A DNA stretch of 64,000 nt from a virus: the IMG/VR virus record IMGVR_UViG_3300027881_000008, positions 1 to 64,000 of that record. The stretch is one strand, 5' to 3'. Each line of letters starts with the position of its first letter. The stretch's first letter is position 1. This document shows, one piece after another, positions 35,852 to 46,071 of this stretch. A program made the translations under genes and the position numbers. The notes below the pieces were generated by a model. That model made no database searches and was not told where the DNA came from. It saw only the letters and a program-made list of their open reading frames with translations.

Positions 35852-37152
35852 CTGACCCGCAGGCCGCCGATGTTGGCGTCGTCGAACAGATGGCTCCCTA
35901 CGCCCAGGCAGAGGCAAACGTGGGTTTCATCATGAAAGAGGGCACCCCCGCTACGCACGACCGCGGCGTCCTCTTCTTGGGTCCGTGGCAGAAGGCAGGC
36001 GACGGCTTTTCCGAGCACGTCCGTCGGCAAGCTCGGGCGCTCTCTTTGGCCGACGTGCCCGTCCACCTGCGCGCCCCAGCCGCCCGGGTGCAGGAGACGA
36101 CGAAGGATGAGCGGGCGCTGATGGCCGCTTACCAGGACTTGGCGATGAAAAGCGTAGGCACCTACGGCGCACAGGTGAACATGGTGGTGCCCCACAGCGA
36201 CTACCTGACCAAGCTGGTGCGCGGCTCGCTGCGCCACTACTCCGTCGACCAGCAGGCCCACATCAACGCCCACCGAGCGGTCTATACGGTTTGGGAGCGC
36301 CAAGCCGGGATGTCCCCCGGCGACGTCGCCGCGTTCAACGCTTGCGGTCAGGCGTGGGTAGCTAGCAACCAGGCTAAGGCGCTGCTGGCCAGTTCGGGCG
36401 TTGAAACCGACACTCGGGTCTTCCCGTGCCCCTTCTTTCCTGACGACCCACATCTCGCATTCAACGAGAGGGAGCGTTCTCGGGGCCCAGTGACCTTCTA
36501 CCACGTCGGCAAGTGGGAGCCGCGTAAGGCTCAACACCAGATGCTCGGGAGCTTCTTGAGGGCTGTGAAGCCCGGCGAGGCGCTGTTTGTGCTCAAGACC
36601 TCCTCCCGCTTCCCCGTTACCGACGGCGAGTACCCTGACAGCCCCGCCGATAGCCTCGCTCATTGGCTCGATAACGACGCGGCGGTGAGAGCGAACGGCT
36701 GGTCCCGAGAGAGCATCAATAGGGGGGTCATCCTGATCGCCAGTTTCATCTCCGAGGAGAAGATGCTCGCACTTCACCGCACTGGCGACGTCTACCTCAC
36801 GTTGAGTCGCGGCGAGGGGTTCGACATGCCGGCCTTCGACGCCAAGCTCTCGGGCAACCTCATGGTTTACACGCCGAGCGGTGGCCCACAAGACTTCGCG
36901 GGCGAACTGGACCAGCGGGTAGAGTCCACCGGAACGGTGCCGGCCGACCCTTTTTACGACTGGCCCGAAGACGCTACCTACCTCGACTACGACATGGACG
37001 CGGCTGCCGCAGCGATCCAGGCAGCCATGAAAGAGGTGCGTGACGGGCGCCGGATCCGGGGCGTCTCGCTAGCCGGTTTCGAGGCGCACTCGGTAGGGGC
37101 CGCGATGGCGCGCGCCTTGGACGAGATAGGGTGGCGAGGGGATCCAGGGTGA
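35848..37152 (+). CDS. GT-B (GT4-like) glycosyltransferase
   Basis: VGKWEPRK; SRGEGFDMPAFDA. Confidence 0.85.
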   Translation: MTDPQAADVGVVEQMAPYAQAEANVGFIMKEGTPATHDRGVLFLGPWQKAGDGFSEHVRRQARALSLADVPVHLRAPAARVQETTKDERALMAAYQDLAMKSVGTYGAQVNMVVPHSDYLTKLVRGSLRHYSVDQQAHINAHRAVYTVWERQAGMSPGDVAAFNACGQAWVASNQAKALLASSGVETDTRVFPCPFFPDDPHLAFNERERSRGPVTFYHVGKWEPRKAQHQMLGSFLRAVKPGEALFVLKTSSRFPVTDGEYPDSPADSLAHWLDNDAAVRANGWSRESINRGVILIASFISEEKMLALHRTGDVYLTLSRGEGFDMPAFDAKLSGNLMVYTPSGGPQDFAGELDQRVESTGTVPADPFYDWPEDATYLDYDMDAAAAAIQAAMKEVRDGRRIRGVSLAGFEAHSVGAAMARALDEIGWRGDPG

Positions 37153-38918
37153 CAGGCGATCACGTTCCCGTGCGTGTGGCGATGATGGCGTGCGACCGTG
37201 AGGGGGCGTACGTGGCCGAGAGCCTGCGGGGAATTTTTGCGGCCGAGCCGTCCCTCCGGCAGGTGGACATAGTCATCGACGGCGCGGACGCCGCCTTTCT
37301 GGGGCGCTGGGCCACGGACAAGCGCGTGGTGCTCCACCTCCTCGACGACCTTCCACGCGACGATGAGGGAACAGAGTGGAGGACCGTACGCACCTTTCGC
37401 CGCTGTTTGGAGCTTCACCAATCCAAGCAGGACGCGGCGCACCCCGCCTGGCGAGGCCACCACCTGGTGGTGGTCCAAGACGACGTCGAGTTCGCGCCGG
37501 GATGGTTAACGAAGACGCGCGCTGGCCTGTCCTGGTGCGAGAACAACGCACCTAACGCTGCCCCTTGGGTTCTCCAGGTCTACACGCCCTTTGGCCTGCA
37601 CGACCTCCCTGTTCACCAGCTCGACGTCGACCTTTATTATGCCAACGTCGGCTTAGCGATCCCCTGTGGGATTGTAGGCTCCCTGATGGAGCATGTCGGC
37701 GCCCCGGGCGTCCCCCGCGCTGACGACATGGCGGTGGCCCATTACCTGAAGGTGAAGGGCGGCGCGTACCTGGCCCTTAATCCGAGCGTGGTCCAGCATA
37801 CAGGCGACGTGAGCGCCCAGGTGGGGAGAGAAGAAGAGGACTTCGGGCCCCGCCGGAGCCCGACATTTGGGCCTCTACCCAGCCGGCCTTCGTTCCGCGT
37901 TTACGGGTTGACCAAGGGGCACGGAAGCTTCCGGCGTCTCACCGACGGGGTCGTTGGCGCGCTCGGGAAGCTCGAACGGGGCGGCGAGCTTTTTGCCTAC
38001 GACGACCTCGACGGTAACGCCTCCGAGGGGGCCGCCCACCCTTGCGGTATCTTAGTGGGACCAGCGGGTTGCGTGGGCGCCATGACGAGCCGAGGGCGGC
38101 ACCGTCGCCAGTTTGCCGTGGTCGCCCCCAACAGCGAGTGGCTCCCCCGCAAGCTCATGGAGAGCGTGGACTCCCATGCCCAGCTCGTAGCGCCCAGCGA
38201 ATGGGGCGCGCAGGTGTTGGCGCGGTACGTTAGCGGCGGGCGCCAAGTCCCCCCGTTCCGTCACGGAGTAGACGGCGCCTTCAGGCCGGACCCGGACGCT
38301 GTCAGGGACCCGGAGTCCTTCCGGGTGCTTCATCTGTCGTCCACCGACCGCGAGCGCAAGAGCACGCGCGAGCTTCTGGAGGCGTGGGTGCAGCTCGTCG
38401 ACAGCGGGGCGTTGGTGTCCCCGCGCCCGCTCCTCACTGCGGTTGTCGACGCGGCCACCGGCACCTACGGGGCCCTGGGTGAGCACCCGGCCGTGAACCT
38501 TGTCTACCGGCATCTCAACCTAGACCACGAGGGCATGGCCGCCCTGTATCGGAGCGTGGACGTGGTGTGCCAGCCTAGCCGGGCCGAGGGTTTCGGCTTG
38601 TGTCCCCTTGAGGCGCGGGCGTGCGGGACCGTTGTGGTGGCTACGGCCTGCACGGGTCACGCCGACCACATCGCTCCTGGCGACCCGGGCGTGGTGGTCG
38701 TGCCCCACGGCCCTCACGCCCCCATCGACGACGCGCCGAGCCGGGCGGCCACCGCTCCGACCGTGCGGGTGGACGACATTGCCTCGGCGTTGCTACAGGC
38801 GCACGAGCGCTTCGCCGAACTCGACGTCGAAGCCAAAGCCGCCGCCGCCGCCATAGGAGAAAAGTGGGCGTGGCCGGTAGTGACCAGGCAGTGGCTTCAA
38901 GAGATGGATCTCTGGTGA
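37149..38918 (+). CDS. Bifunctional glycosyltransferase (GT-A domain plus GT4-like domain)
   Basis: VVVQDDVEF and PSVVQHTG in the N-terminal domain; SRAEGFGLCPLEARACG in the C-terminal domain. Confidence 0.85.
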   Translation: MTGDHVPVRVAMMACDREGAYVAESLRGIFAAEPSLRQVDIVIDGADAAFLGRWATDKRVVLHLLDDLPRDDEGTEWRTVRTFRRCLELHQSKQDAAHPAWRGHHLVVVQDDVEFAPGWLTKTRAGLSWCENNAPNAAPWVLQVYTPFGLHDLPVHQLDVDLYYANVGLAIPCGIVGSLMEHVGAPGVPRADDMAVAHYLKVKGGAYLALNPSVVQHTGDVSAQVGREEEDFGPRRSPTFGPLPSRPSFRVYGLTKGHGSFRRLTDGVVGALGKLERGGELFAYDDLDGNASEGAAHPCGILVGPAGCVGAMTSRGRHRRQFAVVAPNSEWLPRKLMESVDSHAQLVAPSEWGAQVLARYVSGGRQVPPFRHGVDGAFRPDPDAVRDPESFRVLHLSSTDRERKSTRELLEAWVQLVDSGALVSPRPLLTAVVDAATGTYGALGEHPAVNLVYRHLNLDHEGMAALYRSVDVVCQPSRAEGFGLCPLEARACGTVVVATACTGHADHIAPGDPGVVVVPHGPHAPIDDAPSRAATAPTVRVDDIASALLQAHERFAELDVEAKAAAAAIGEKWAWPVVTRQWLQEMDLW

Positions 38919-39370
38919 GAGACAACCGGCTGACCAGGAGCGCCAGCGTGGTAGCGCCACGGCTCCTTCAAGGAGGGCGTGCCCCCACGGGCGGGTCCAT
39001 CGCAGAAGCGGGGGTGGACCTTTTGGTCCTCGCTGCCCGTGAGCACCAGCCCCCCGCCTCGAGCTTCCCCGGAGTGGACGTCATCCACGTCCCGCTCGAC
39101 GACGTGAACCGTCCCCTTACGCAGCGCCAGCGGCTGGCGGTCAGGCGGGCCAGTCACGAGGTCGCCGAGCGCCTCAAGGCCGGCGAGCGAGTGCTCGTTA
39201 CCTGCCAGATGGGGCTGAACCGCAGCGGGCTTATCGCCGCCGCCGCGTTGACCGAAGCCTACGAACTTCCCCCGTGCGTGGTAGTCGCCCAGATCCGGTC
39301 TAGGCGCAGTTCTTTTGCGCTCAGCAACCGCGCCTTCGTCCGCGAGCTCACCGGCGGGCGCGACTGTTAG
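38915..39370 (+). CDS. Dual-specificity/Cys-based phosphatase
   Basis: VLVTCQMGLNRS (CX5R); PLDD acid loop. Confidence 0.85.
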   Translation: MRDNRLTRSASVVAPRLLQGGRAPTGGSIAEAGVDLLVLAAREHQPPASSFPGVDVIHVPLDDVNRPLTQRQRLAVRRASHEVAERLKAGERVLVTCQMGLNRSGLIAAAALTEAYELPPCVVVAQIRSRRSSFALSNRAFVRELTGGRDC

Positions 39371-39401
39371 TCCCAACTCCAGCGAACCTCGGAGTTGACT
39401 T

Positions 39402-39938
39402 TCAGTCCACCCAGGCGATGCCCGTATGAGGGACGGAAAACGAGTTGTGGCCTTGCCAGAGGTGGGGAGACGGGGCGACTGGCCAGCGGTGGGAGGGAGC
39501 GGGTGAAATCTTCCGCCACATGGGCGGACTATGGGGAGCAAGGTTGCGCTTTGCCCATGCCTCCACGAGGCGGGGCGGCTCGTAGGAGGTGTCGAAAATG
39601 GCGAAGGTGGTGCCGCTCGACGCGAACGTCGAGTAGCTCGAGTAGAGGTCGCTCTTACCAGGTACAAACGGGTAGGGGTTCTTGGCGTTTCCGCTGGCAG
39701 GATTGAGCCACGCTTCGACGTCCTTGGCAGGCGGTGGCGCGTGGAAAAACCACACGGCTCCCCGTCCCTTTGGTCGCCCGAGACCATTGAGCCAGGTGGG
39801 CTCCTCGAAGACCGCCATGTAACGCGCAGGGGGACGGCGCCGGAGCGACGGTTTTCCCCAACGCGACATAACGCTGAAGGGGACGCCGCGTCGGCGCGGC
39901 TTGCGGGGAAGGTGCGAAAAGCGAAAAGGGAACGGCAT
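39402..39938 (-). CDS. Hypothetical aromatic/Pro-rich protein
   Basis: ORF just downstream of the SLT gene. Confidence 0.4.
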   Translation of the reverse strand: MPFPFRFSHLPRKPRRRGVPFSVMSRWGKPSLRRRPPARYMAVFEEPTWLNGLGRPKGRGAVWFFHAPPPAKDVEAWLNPASGNAKNPYPFVPGKSDLYSSYSTFASSGTTFAIFDTSYEPPRLVEAWAKRNLAPHSPPMWRKISPAPSHRWPVAPSPHLWQGHNSFSVPHTGIAWVD

Positions 39939-39947
39939 GGGGAGGTC

Positions 39948-40853
39948 CTATTGGGTAGACGCGCGTCCGGGCGCGCCGGATGCGAGTGAGTCCCACAGTT
40001 CGGCCGCTGCGTAGCCCAGCAGAGCGGCTGCGGCGACGACTGCGACGTCGCGGCCAAGGTCGGCCACCGGGATGGGGGGCGCCGCGGGAGGAGGTAGCGG
40101 GGGCGGCTTGGGTTCGGGTGGTTTAGGGAGGGGCGCGCCGATGAAATTGGTCACCGCGGAGTTGTTCATCTTCATCGCGTTGAGAGGATAGTTGACCGCG
40201 CAGTTGAACTTTCCCGGTACCGCCGCGCTGGGCGCGCAGACGAGGCTCTTGGCAGGCGTGTTGCGCCTGACGCACCCTTGAACCACCCCGAACTGGTCAC
40301 GCGGGCACGGCTCTTTGGGGGCGCTGAAGGTGGTGCTTCCCCCGCACCGGATACTACCCGCGTTGTAGGCCACCGCCCCGTGGACGAAGTCGCCGCCGTA
40401 ACGGTCCATTTGGTGGCGTAGGTACTTCGCTCCGAGGTCGACGTTGAGGTCGTTGTTGTTGCGCAGCTCGTGTTCCGTCAGCCCCTGGCCGTCGTTCATG
40501 AACTTGGCCGTCGTGAGCGTGACGGCCATGAGGCCCATCCCCTCGCGGTGGTTGCACTGGCCGCCGTGGTTGCAGCCTGCCACTCCTTCGCGGTTCTTTG
40601 GGCATTTGAGGCAGAGTCCAGGTCGACCCCCGCTTTCGATCCCCATCACTGCCGCGAGCTGGTGGGGCTGAAGCCCGTGTTTCGCGGCCTTTTCGTTGAT
40701 GAGGTCGCGCCACTGGTTGATCTCGGGCGGCCAGCTTCGGTCGGGGAAAGAACCGTCGAGCTCGACGCGCCCGTCGTTGGTGTAGCGCCAGCGGCCATCC
40801 CCGCACTTTTGGCCCTTGTCGTTGGCGAAACTGACGAAGTCTGTGGCTGCCAT
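39948..40853 (-). CDS. Lytic transglycosylase (SLT/GH23) with Pro stalk and C-terminal hydrophobic anchor
   Basis: AVMGIESGG, GLMAV, NVDLGAKYL and AYNAG. Confidence 0.88.
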   Translation of the reverse strand: MAATDFVSFANDKGQKCGDGRWRYTNDGRVELDGSFPDRSWPPEINQWRDLINEKAAKHGLQPHQLAAVMGIESGGRPGLCLKCPKNREGVAGCNHGGQCNHREGMGLMAVTLTTAKFMNDGQGLTEHELRNNNDLNVDLGAKYLRHQMDRYGGDFVHGAVAYNAGSIRCGGSTTFSAPKEPCPRDQFGVVQGCVRRNTPAKSLVCAPSAAVPGKFNCAVNYPLNAMKMNNSAVTNFIGAPLPKPPEPKPPPLPPPAAPPIPVADLGRDVAVVAAAALLGYAAAELWDSLASGAPGRASTQ

Positions 40854-40878
40854 GGTGCCATGGTAGGCTACCACGGCT

Positions 40879-41406
40879 TTGGAGCCGCAGAAACGAAACT
40901 GGATCTACGGCGGCCTGGCGCACCCTCCGAGCGTGGCTCTGGCCCACCCTCGCACGCGCCGAAGGCTGCCGCCGGGGAGCACCCTGCTCGTGGCGGGCGA
41001 CGACCATGCGTGGGGTCTTGCTCCTTTTCTCAAGCGGCTGGGGGACGACTCGAAGGTGACCACCGTGGTGGACGTCCAGCCCCAGGGGGCCGAACTGCGC
41101 GCCTGGACCAAGTCGGGCCGCCTGGGGGCGGTGGCTACGCGCACGCAGCCTACCATCATCTTGTTGAGCCTCCCTTTTGCTGCTTCTTGCGAGGCGGACC
41201 TGGCCGAGCTTCGGCGCCAAGCGGGTGCGGCCACTCTGGTCTGGGTACGGCCGCCAGGGAGCGAGCCGGGGCTCCGCCGGGCGCTCGACCGGGCGAAGGT
41301 CCCTTCTTTCCATTCCGAGGCCCTTCCCATCCCCACCGCAGGCAGCGCCGTCACTGCTCGTGGGTACGCGGGATGGGCCGGCGCCCTTTGGCGTTGGATC
41401 GGGTAA
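40879..41406 (+). CDS. Degenerate SGNH/GDSL-fold protein
   Basis: LLVAGDDHAWGL (GDS replaced by GDD); C-terminal GYAGWA helix. Confidence 0.45.
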   Translation: MEPQKRNWIYGGLAHPPSVALAHPRTRRRLPPGSTLLVAGDDHAWGLAPFLKRLGDDSKVTTVVDVQPQGAELRAWTKSGRLGAVATRTQPTIILLSLPFAASCEADLAELRRQAGAATLVWVRPPGSEPGLRRALDRAKVPSFHSEALPIPTAGSAVTARGYAGWAGALWRWIG

Positions 41407-41438
41407 TCCCCCTGCGACCTCTCGGCAACGCCACCGGA

Positions 41439-41753
41439 ATGCGCTACGATGCGGCTCGCATGGACAATTGTGGGCCAGACGGGCGCTACCGGCCCGGAGA
41501 CAGCCAGGCCCCGGTCGACATATGGACTGGTTGGCACGCGGCCATCGGGGTGGCGTACGGAGCCGTAGGGGTGCCGTGGGAGTACGCGTTGGGCGCTTCG
41601 GTCCTGTGGGAGGTGGTGGAAAACCCCCTGAAGGACCGGCTGCCGGAGGTCTTCCCCGACGCTTGCCACGACACGCTCGGCAACGCGGTAGCCGATGTGG
41701 CGGCCGTGATGGTAGGATACGCTCTGGGGCGGTATTGGAGAAAAGGACGCTGA
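41439..41753 (+). CDS. Small polytopic membrane protein (H..WE..N..D metal-hydrolase-like)
   Basis: WTGWHAAIG, LWEVVEN and NAVADV. Confidence 0.55.
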   Translation: MRYDAARMDNCGPDGRYRPGDSQAPVDIWTGWHAAIGVAYGAVGVPWEYALGASVLWEVVENPLKDRLPEVFPDACHDTLGNAVADVAAVMVGYALGRYWRKGR

Positions 41754-41995
41754 TGGCAACGATAGGCACTGTGACGCGGACGATGGGCGACACCTACGCC
41801 AGTTCTACGCAGACATTCCAGGGCAACAGGGGCGCCTTTGTCGCGCGCAACGCCGCCGGAGTGACTATCGGGTTCTTTCGATCTGCTGCGGGGGCTCAGG
41901 CGGCGGTTTCAGCCGGACACGGGATCCTCCTGCGATGGACGCGCAAGGACCTGCGTGGCGACATCGAACAGTACATCGCCGACGACGGTTCATGA
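41753..41995 (+). CDS. Hypothetical protein
   Basis: TGATG coupling. Confidence 0.55.
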   Translation: MATIGTVTRTMGDTYASSTQTFQGNRGAFVARNAAGVTIGFFRSAAGAQAAVSAGHGILLRWTRKDLRGDIEQYIADDGS

Positions 41996-42552
41996 CGGCG
42001 CAGCGGCTCATCGTGCCCGACGGCACCGACGTCTTCTTCAAGGAGGGAATGATCTACCTGGCGGCTATCGACAGCCCCCCTTCGATCATCGCGTCCGAAG
42101 AGGACATCGTCGAGGAACTCGAGAAGCGCCGCTTTCAGGTCATCAATTTCTGGGAGTGCGAAGGCCAGGGAGCCCCCTTCAGGGCGCCCGGAAAATGCGG
42201 CGATGAGTACGACTACCTCGGACTGGCGCGCAAGCTCGCGCCGTCGGAGATGCTCCCTGTGCCCGACCTCGGGGTAGCGGGTGGCGTGGCCTGGATCATG
42301 GAGATGGATCCCGCGCCTCCTCCTCAGCCGCCAGGCCCTCAGCCGCCAGGCCCTCAGCCGCCAGGCCCTCAGCCGCCAGGCCCTCAGCCGCCAGGCCCCC
42401 AGCCCTCAGGCCCTCAGCCCTCAGGCCCTCAGCCGACGGCCCCGGTCCGCGTATCCCTTGCGGGGCCCGCGAGCGCTCGGATCCTTGTGTTCGGAGTTGG
42501 AGCGGCCGTCGCCTACGGCGCGCTAGGGATGCGGCAGCGGAGGTCGCGCTGA
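41992..42552 (+). CDS. Tail-anchored protein with (PQPPG)n stalk
   Basis: About seven 15-nt repeats at 42322-42435; TM helix followed by RQRRSR. Confidence 0.7.
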   Translation: MTAQRLIVPDGTDVFFKEGMIYLAAIDSPPSIIASEEDIVEELEKRRFQVINFWECEGQGAPFRAPGKCGDEYDYLGLARKLAPSEMLPVPDLGVAGGVAWIMEMDPAPPPQPPGPQPPGPQPPGPQPPGPQPPGPQPSGPQPSGPQPTAPVRVSLAGPASARILVFGVGAAVAYGALGMRQRRSR

Positions 42553-43042
42553 TGTGGCTGTTGCCGGTCCTCGGGTTCGTGTTGGTGGTGTGGGGTACGT
42601 GGGCGGTGTTCCGCTACGAAGGGAGCGATGGATGAATTTCGAGATGCCAAAATACGACCTGGGGCGTTTTCACCCCTTTCTCAAGGGCACGGATGCCGTC
42701 AATTTGGCGGTGATCGCTCTGACCAGCGTGTTTGGGGTAATGATCATCACCGGGGACTTCCCCTGGGACCAAAAGGGCTACTAGCGTGAACGGAAAAGGT
42801 TCAAAACAGCGCCCCCGAGCGGTGTGCCGTAACCAGTGGGAGCGAAACTGGAACGCGGCCTTCGGCCAACTGACGTGCGCCGCGTGCAAAGGAACGGGCA
42901 CGGTAAGCGCTGGCGGGTGGCGTGGCGCTCGCGCTGGGTGTCAAGAGTGCCGCCAAGCGGGCGCGGGCGAGAAGCGCGGACACGGCGGCGACGCCTCCTG
43001 AGCTACGCCGTTCTTGGCCAGCTATGACCTGGTCTGTCATAC

Positions 43043-43735
43043 CTAGCAGAGGCCGTAAACGGCGCACGCATCGCCGTACCATGCGGCGAAGTCGTCGAGA
43101 GAGTCGCTCACCACGACGCCGTCCTCAAGCTGGCGGTGGTGCGCGACGCCCCAGGCGTTGTCGGCCTCCGAGAGGCCCCCTGTTTGGTACGCGCAGAACA
43201 AGAGCAGCGGGTCGCCGCGGAGGTCCAGGCGAGCGCTGGCGTCCCGCGCCCACGCGGCAGCGAGCGCGAGCGCGGTTGTGGGGTCGCGGAGGATCCCTCG
43301 CCACACCTCTGGAGCCCCTCCGGCGGGCACCGGTTCCGGCGTTACAGTGGGGAACTCGTGCGGGCGGCTCCGGGCGGTCTTGCGCGCCGTGGCTGTCCGC
43401 ATTTTGGCCAGGCCGATCCCCCAGTCTTTGGCTCTTTCGTCGAGCTTCTCTGCGCGCTCGTCACCTCGGCTCTGGGTAGCGACCAGAGCGGCCAGGAACT
43501 GTTCGCTGACGGCGAAACGGTCGGCGCAGGCCAGGATGATGTCGGCGTGGGCCTCGACGACCTTGCGCATCAGGAGCGGCTCTCCCGGGCTGCGCCTCAC
43601 GTCGCCCTCGCCGAACACCAGGATCCCCTCGTCGAGGACGCGCCAATGGTTCCAATCCTCGTCCTCGGCCGCGAGCTCGCGGCCATGGAAGCGGCTTGGC
43701 TCCCAATCGTCACTGTCGGCCAGCTCGATCCTCAC
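43043..43735 (-). CDS. Degenerate (probably inactive) lytic transglycosylase homolog
   Basis: AALVATQSRG (ES replaced by QS), GLAKM and AYQTG. Confidence 0.6.
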   Translation of the reverse strand: MRIELADSDDWEPSRFHGRELAAEDEDWNHWRVLDEGILVFGEGDVRRSPGEPLLMRKVVEAHADIILACADRFAVSEQFLAALVATQSRGDERAEKLDERAKDWGIGLAKMRTATARKTARSRPHEFPTVTPEPVPAGGAPEVWRGILRDPTTALALAAAWARDASARLDLRGDPLLLFCAYQTGGLSEADNAWGVAHHRQLEDGVVVSDSLDDFAAWYGDACAVYGLC

Positions 43736-43759
43736 GCGGCCGTGTTAGCACGGCCCGGC

Positions 43760-44014
43760 TTAGTCGTCGCCTAACACGCCCGGGTAGCGCTCCTTGAGCA
43801 CGGCGATCATCGCCGCGTGGCCGTTGTCCTCGGCCGACCCCAAGGCCGCCTGCATCCGTGCGACGGTGTCCTGGGCGTACGCGGCGCGTGCGGCCTGGAG
43901 GGCCTCCTCGCGCCTCTCCTCTTCGGAGGTTGGCTGGGGGGTTGAGCGGTTCCAGCAGCCGCTCGTACGGCAACACTCGTGCAGCCCAACCCCGAAGCAG
44001 AAGCCGCAGGTCAT
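43760..44014 (-). CDS. Small Cys-rich protein
   Basis: ATGA-coupled; CGFC...ECC....C. Confidence 0.45.
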   Translation of the reverse strand: MTCGFCFGVGLHECCRTSGCWNRSTPQPTSEEERREEALQAARAAYAQDTVARMQAALGSAEDNGHAAMIAVLKERYPGVLGDD

Positions 44015-44622
44015 GGGGCCTCTCCCGGCTCATCGGCGACCACGGCCCACTCCGCCCAATAGGCGTCTACGCCTTGAGCCCGTGAGCGGATCTCGTCCGC
44101 GCTCCACTCCAACGCCTCGCGGTTGCCGCCGGCGAGGTTGGACACGAACCGCTCAGAAGAGAGCGGGGACGGGGGGCCCGACGAGGCGAGCACGGCGACG
44201 ACGACGTGGGTGACGCCATCCTCTACGTGCTCAACGAACTCCTCGCCCTCCGCGTCGACATCCGGGTCGGCCCCGTAGGCGTCCAGGCTGTAGACGACAA
44301 CGGCCAAGCTGTCCGTCTGGGCGGCGTGGGCCCGGCGGAGGAAGGCGTCCGTCCGCCCCCGGTGCTCCCGCACCACGAAGTCGGCCGGGTCGCGCCCGAC
44401 GCGGCTCCCAACGCCGGCCGAAACCGCTCGGTGCGCGCGCTCTGGGAGTGGCAGGAAGTGCTGGCCCGGGACGCGGTCCTCGCTCGGGTCGTGCGCCTCC
44501 AGCGCGAGCGCCAACTCGCCAAAAAAAGCGGCCCGGTCGACGACCCGACTCCCGACGACGCTCGCGTCGAAAGCTGAGCAAACGGAACTGACTCCGAAGC
44601 TGAAACGGTGCTGGTCGGTCAC
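44011..44622 (-). CDS. Conserved-looking phage hypothetical protein (possibly DUF3228-like)
   Basis: VSAGVG, VVREHRG and RFVSNLAGGN..YWAEWAVV; family assignment tentative. Confidence 0.45.
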   Translation of the reverse strand: MTDQHRFSFGVSSVCSAFDASVVGSRVVDRAAFFGELALALEAHDPSEDRVPGQHFLPLPERAHRAVSAGVGSRVGRDPADFVVREHRGRTDAFLRRAHAAQTDSLAVVVYSLDAYGADPDVDAEGEEFVEHVEDGVTHVVVAVLASSGPPSPLSSERFVSNLAGGNREALEWSADEIRSRAQGVDAYWAEWAVVADEPGEAP

Positions 44623-45793
44623 GACGCCACCTCCTGTGGGAGCAGCGAAGAGCCGGGGAAAGCGCGGCGCAGGCGCCGCTGCTGGGGCGCGCTCAACTCC
44701 CCCCACTGCCGCCAGCGTCGGCCAGCGCAGTAGAGCGAGTGCCCGTCCGAATTGGTGTTCACCGCGACCGCGACGAACTGCGCCCGCGGCCCGTAGCGCT
44801 GCCACCGAGGCAGGCGCGCGCCGCAGTCCATGGGCCGCCCCAGGCCCCCGTAGAAGACGTCGTAGAGCATCAGGACCCCTCCTGGGGAGGGAAGCCGTGA
44901 AGTAGGCCCTCCAAGGCCGACTCGGACAGGACGCTGTTGCGCTCGACGAGAGCCTCCCACTCGTCGTCGCTGAGCCCAGCGCCAGCGTCGGGGGCGCCCC
45001 CGAAGGGGTGGTCCTGTTGGGCCGCTCCTGGGAGCGGCACCTCGCCGTGCAGGTCCACCCGGAGGCCGGCAGCCAGGAGCGGCCGGAGCATGTCGCCCAG
45101 GTCGCGCGCGTTGAAGCGCGCGTACTCGGCGGTTAGGTCTTCTTCAGTCATTCGTTCGTGGTCTCCTGCCTACTAGACGTCGCGTCGGCCGCTTTCTGAC
45201 ACCCTAACGTGATTTTTTTGTAGAGCCGCTCGATGCCGCAGTCGTTGCACTGCGAGCGGGGCAGCTGGTGGTCGATGCGCCGCCCGGCGGCGTCGGTCAG
45301 GGTGTAGCCGGTGCGCTTGCCGGGGTAGTAGTTGCCGCGCCGGTAGCGCGAGGGCTGCTCGGCGTAGCGCTCGCGGGCCTCGATGGGGAGACCCAGCGAG
45401 CCGCAACGAGGGCATTGACGGCGCACCGTCACCAGGCGGTCGATCTCAGTGGGCACAGTAGTGCTCCTCGGCCACCTCGGCCACCTCGGCCACCTCGGCC
45501 TCGTCGTCGTGCCAGTCCGTCGGGGCGGTCGCCCCAGCAGCTGGCGGCGCGGTCGTTGGCAGGGGCAGAACGGTGGGCAGATGGGCTGCAGCCCGCGCCT
45601 TGGGAGCGGGGGGCGGCGACGCCATGAGCAGGGCTCCCACGGCCCCTAGCGCCAGCGCTAGGACGGCTAGCGGGCGCGCTAGCACTGTCCCCCCTCCAGC
45701 TCGGCGCGTCGCGGCAGACCGCGCGCGAGAGCCTCGTCTGTGTCCGCCTCTACGCATGCGTGCAGGCCAGAATGATAGCGCGGCTCCTGGCAA
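44619..45793 (-). CDS. Run of small coupled hypothetical genes (44619-44870, 44870-45151, 45148-45456 Zn ribbon, ~45446-45680 with TM)
   Basis: Overlapping stop/start codons with GGAG RBSs; CPRC..CNDC in 45148-45456. Confidence 0.45.
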
Positions 45794-46038
45794 GCCTCAA
45801 AGCGGAGGCGGTCGGTTACGGCCAGCAGCCGCCAGGCGGCGCACTCGTCCTCGGCGCGCGCCACGGTGGCCACGTACGAGTAGTCGTACGCTTCCGGGGC
45901 CGTAGTCCACCACCAGCTGAGTTCGGGCCCCAGCTCGGGCTGCAGCTCGCGCACGCTCACGAGAGCACCTCTTCCACCCGCACGGCGTTCGATGGCGACG
46001 GCCGCGTCGAAATCGGGGTGGTGGTAGAGGCGGCTCAT
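45679..46038 (-). CDS. Hypothetical protein
   Basis: GAGGAGG RBS; its 5' end is duplicated at 47412-47463. Confidence 0.55.
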   Translation of the reverse strand: MSRLYHHPDFDAAVAIERRAGGRGALVSVRELQPELGPELSWWWTTAPEAYDYSYVATVARAEDECAAWRLLAVTDRLRFEACQEPRYHSGLHACVEADTDEALARGLPRRAELEGGQC

Positions 46039-46071
46039 GGCGCCTCCTCGTGAGCCCCGGGCACCTCGGGC
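45988..46071. repeat. 84-bp direct repeat (second copy at 47412-47495)
   Basis: One mismatch; spans the stop, RBS and start of a gene junction. Confidence 0.92.
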
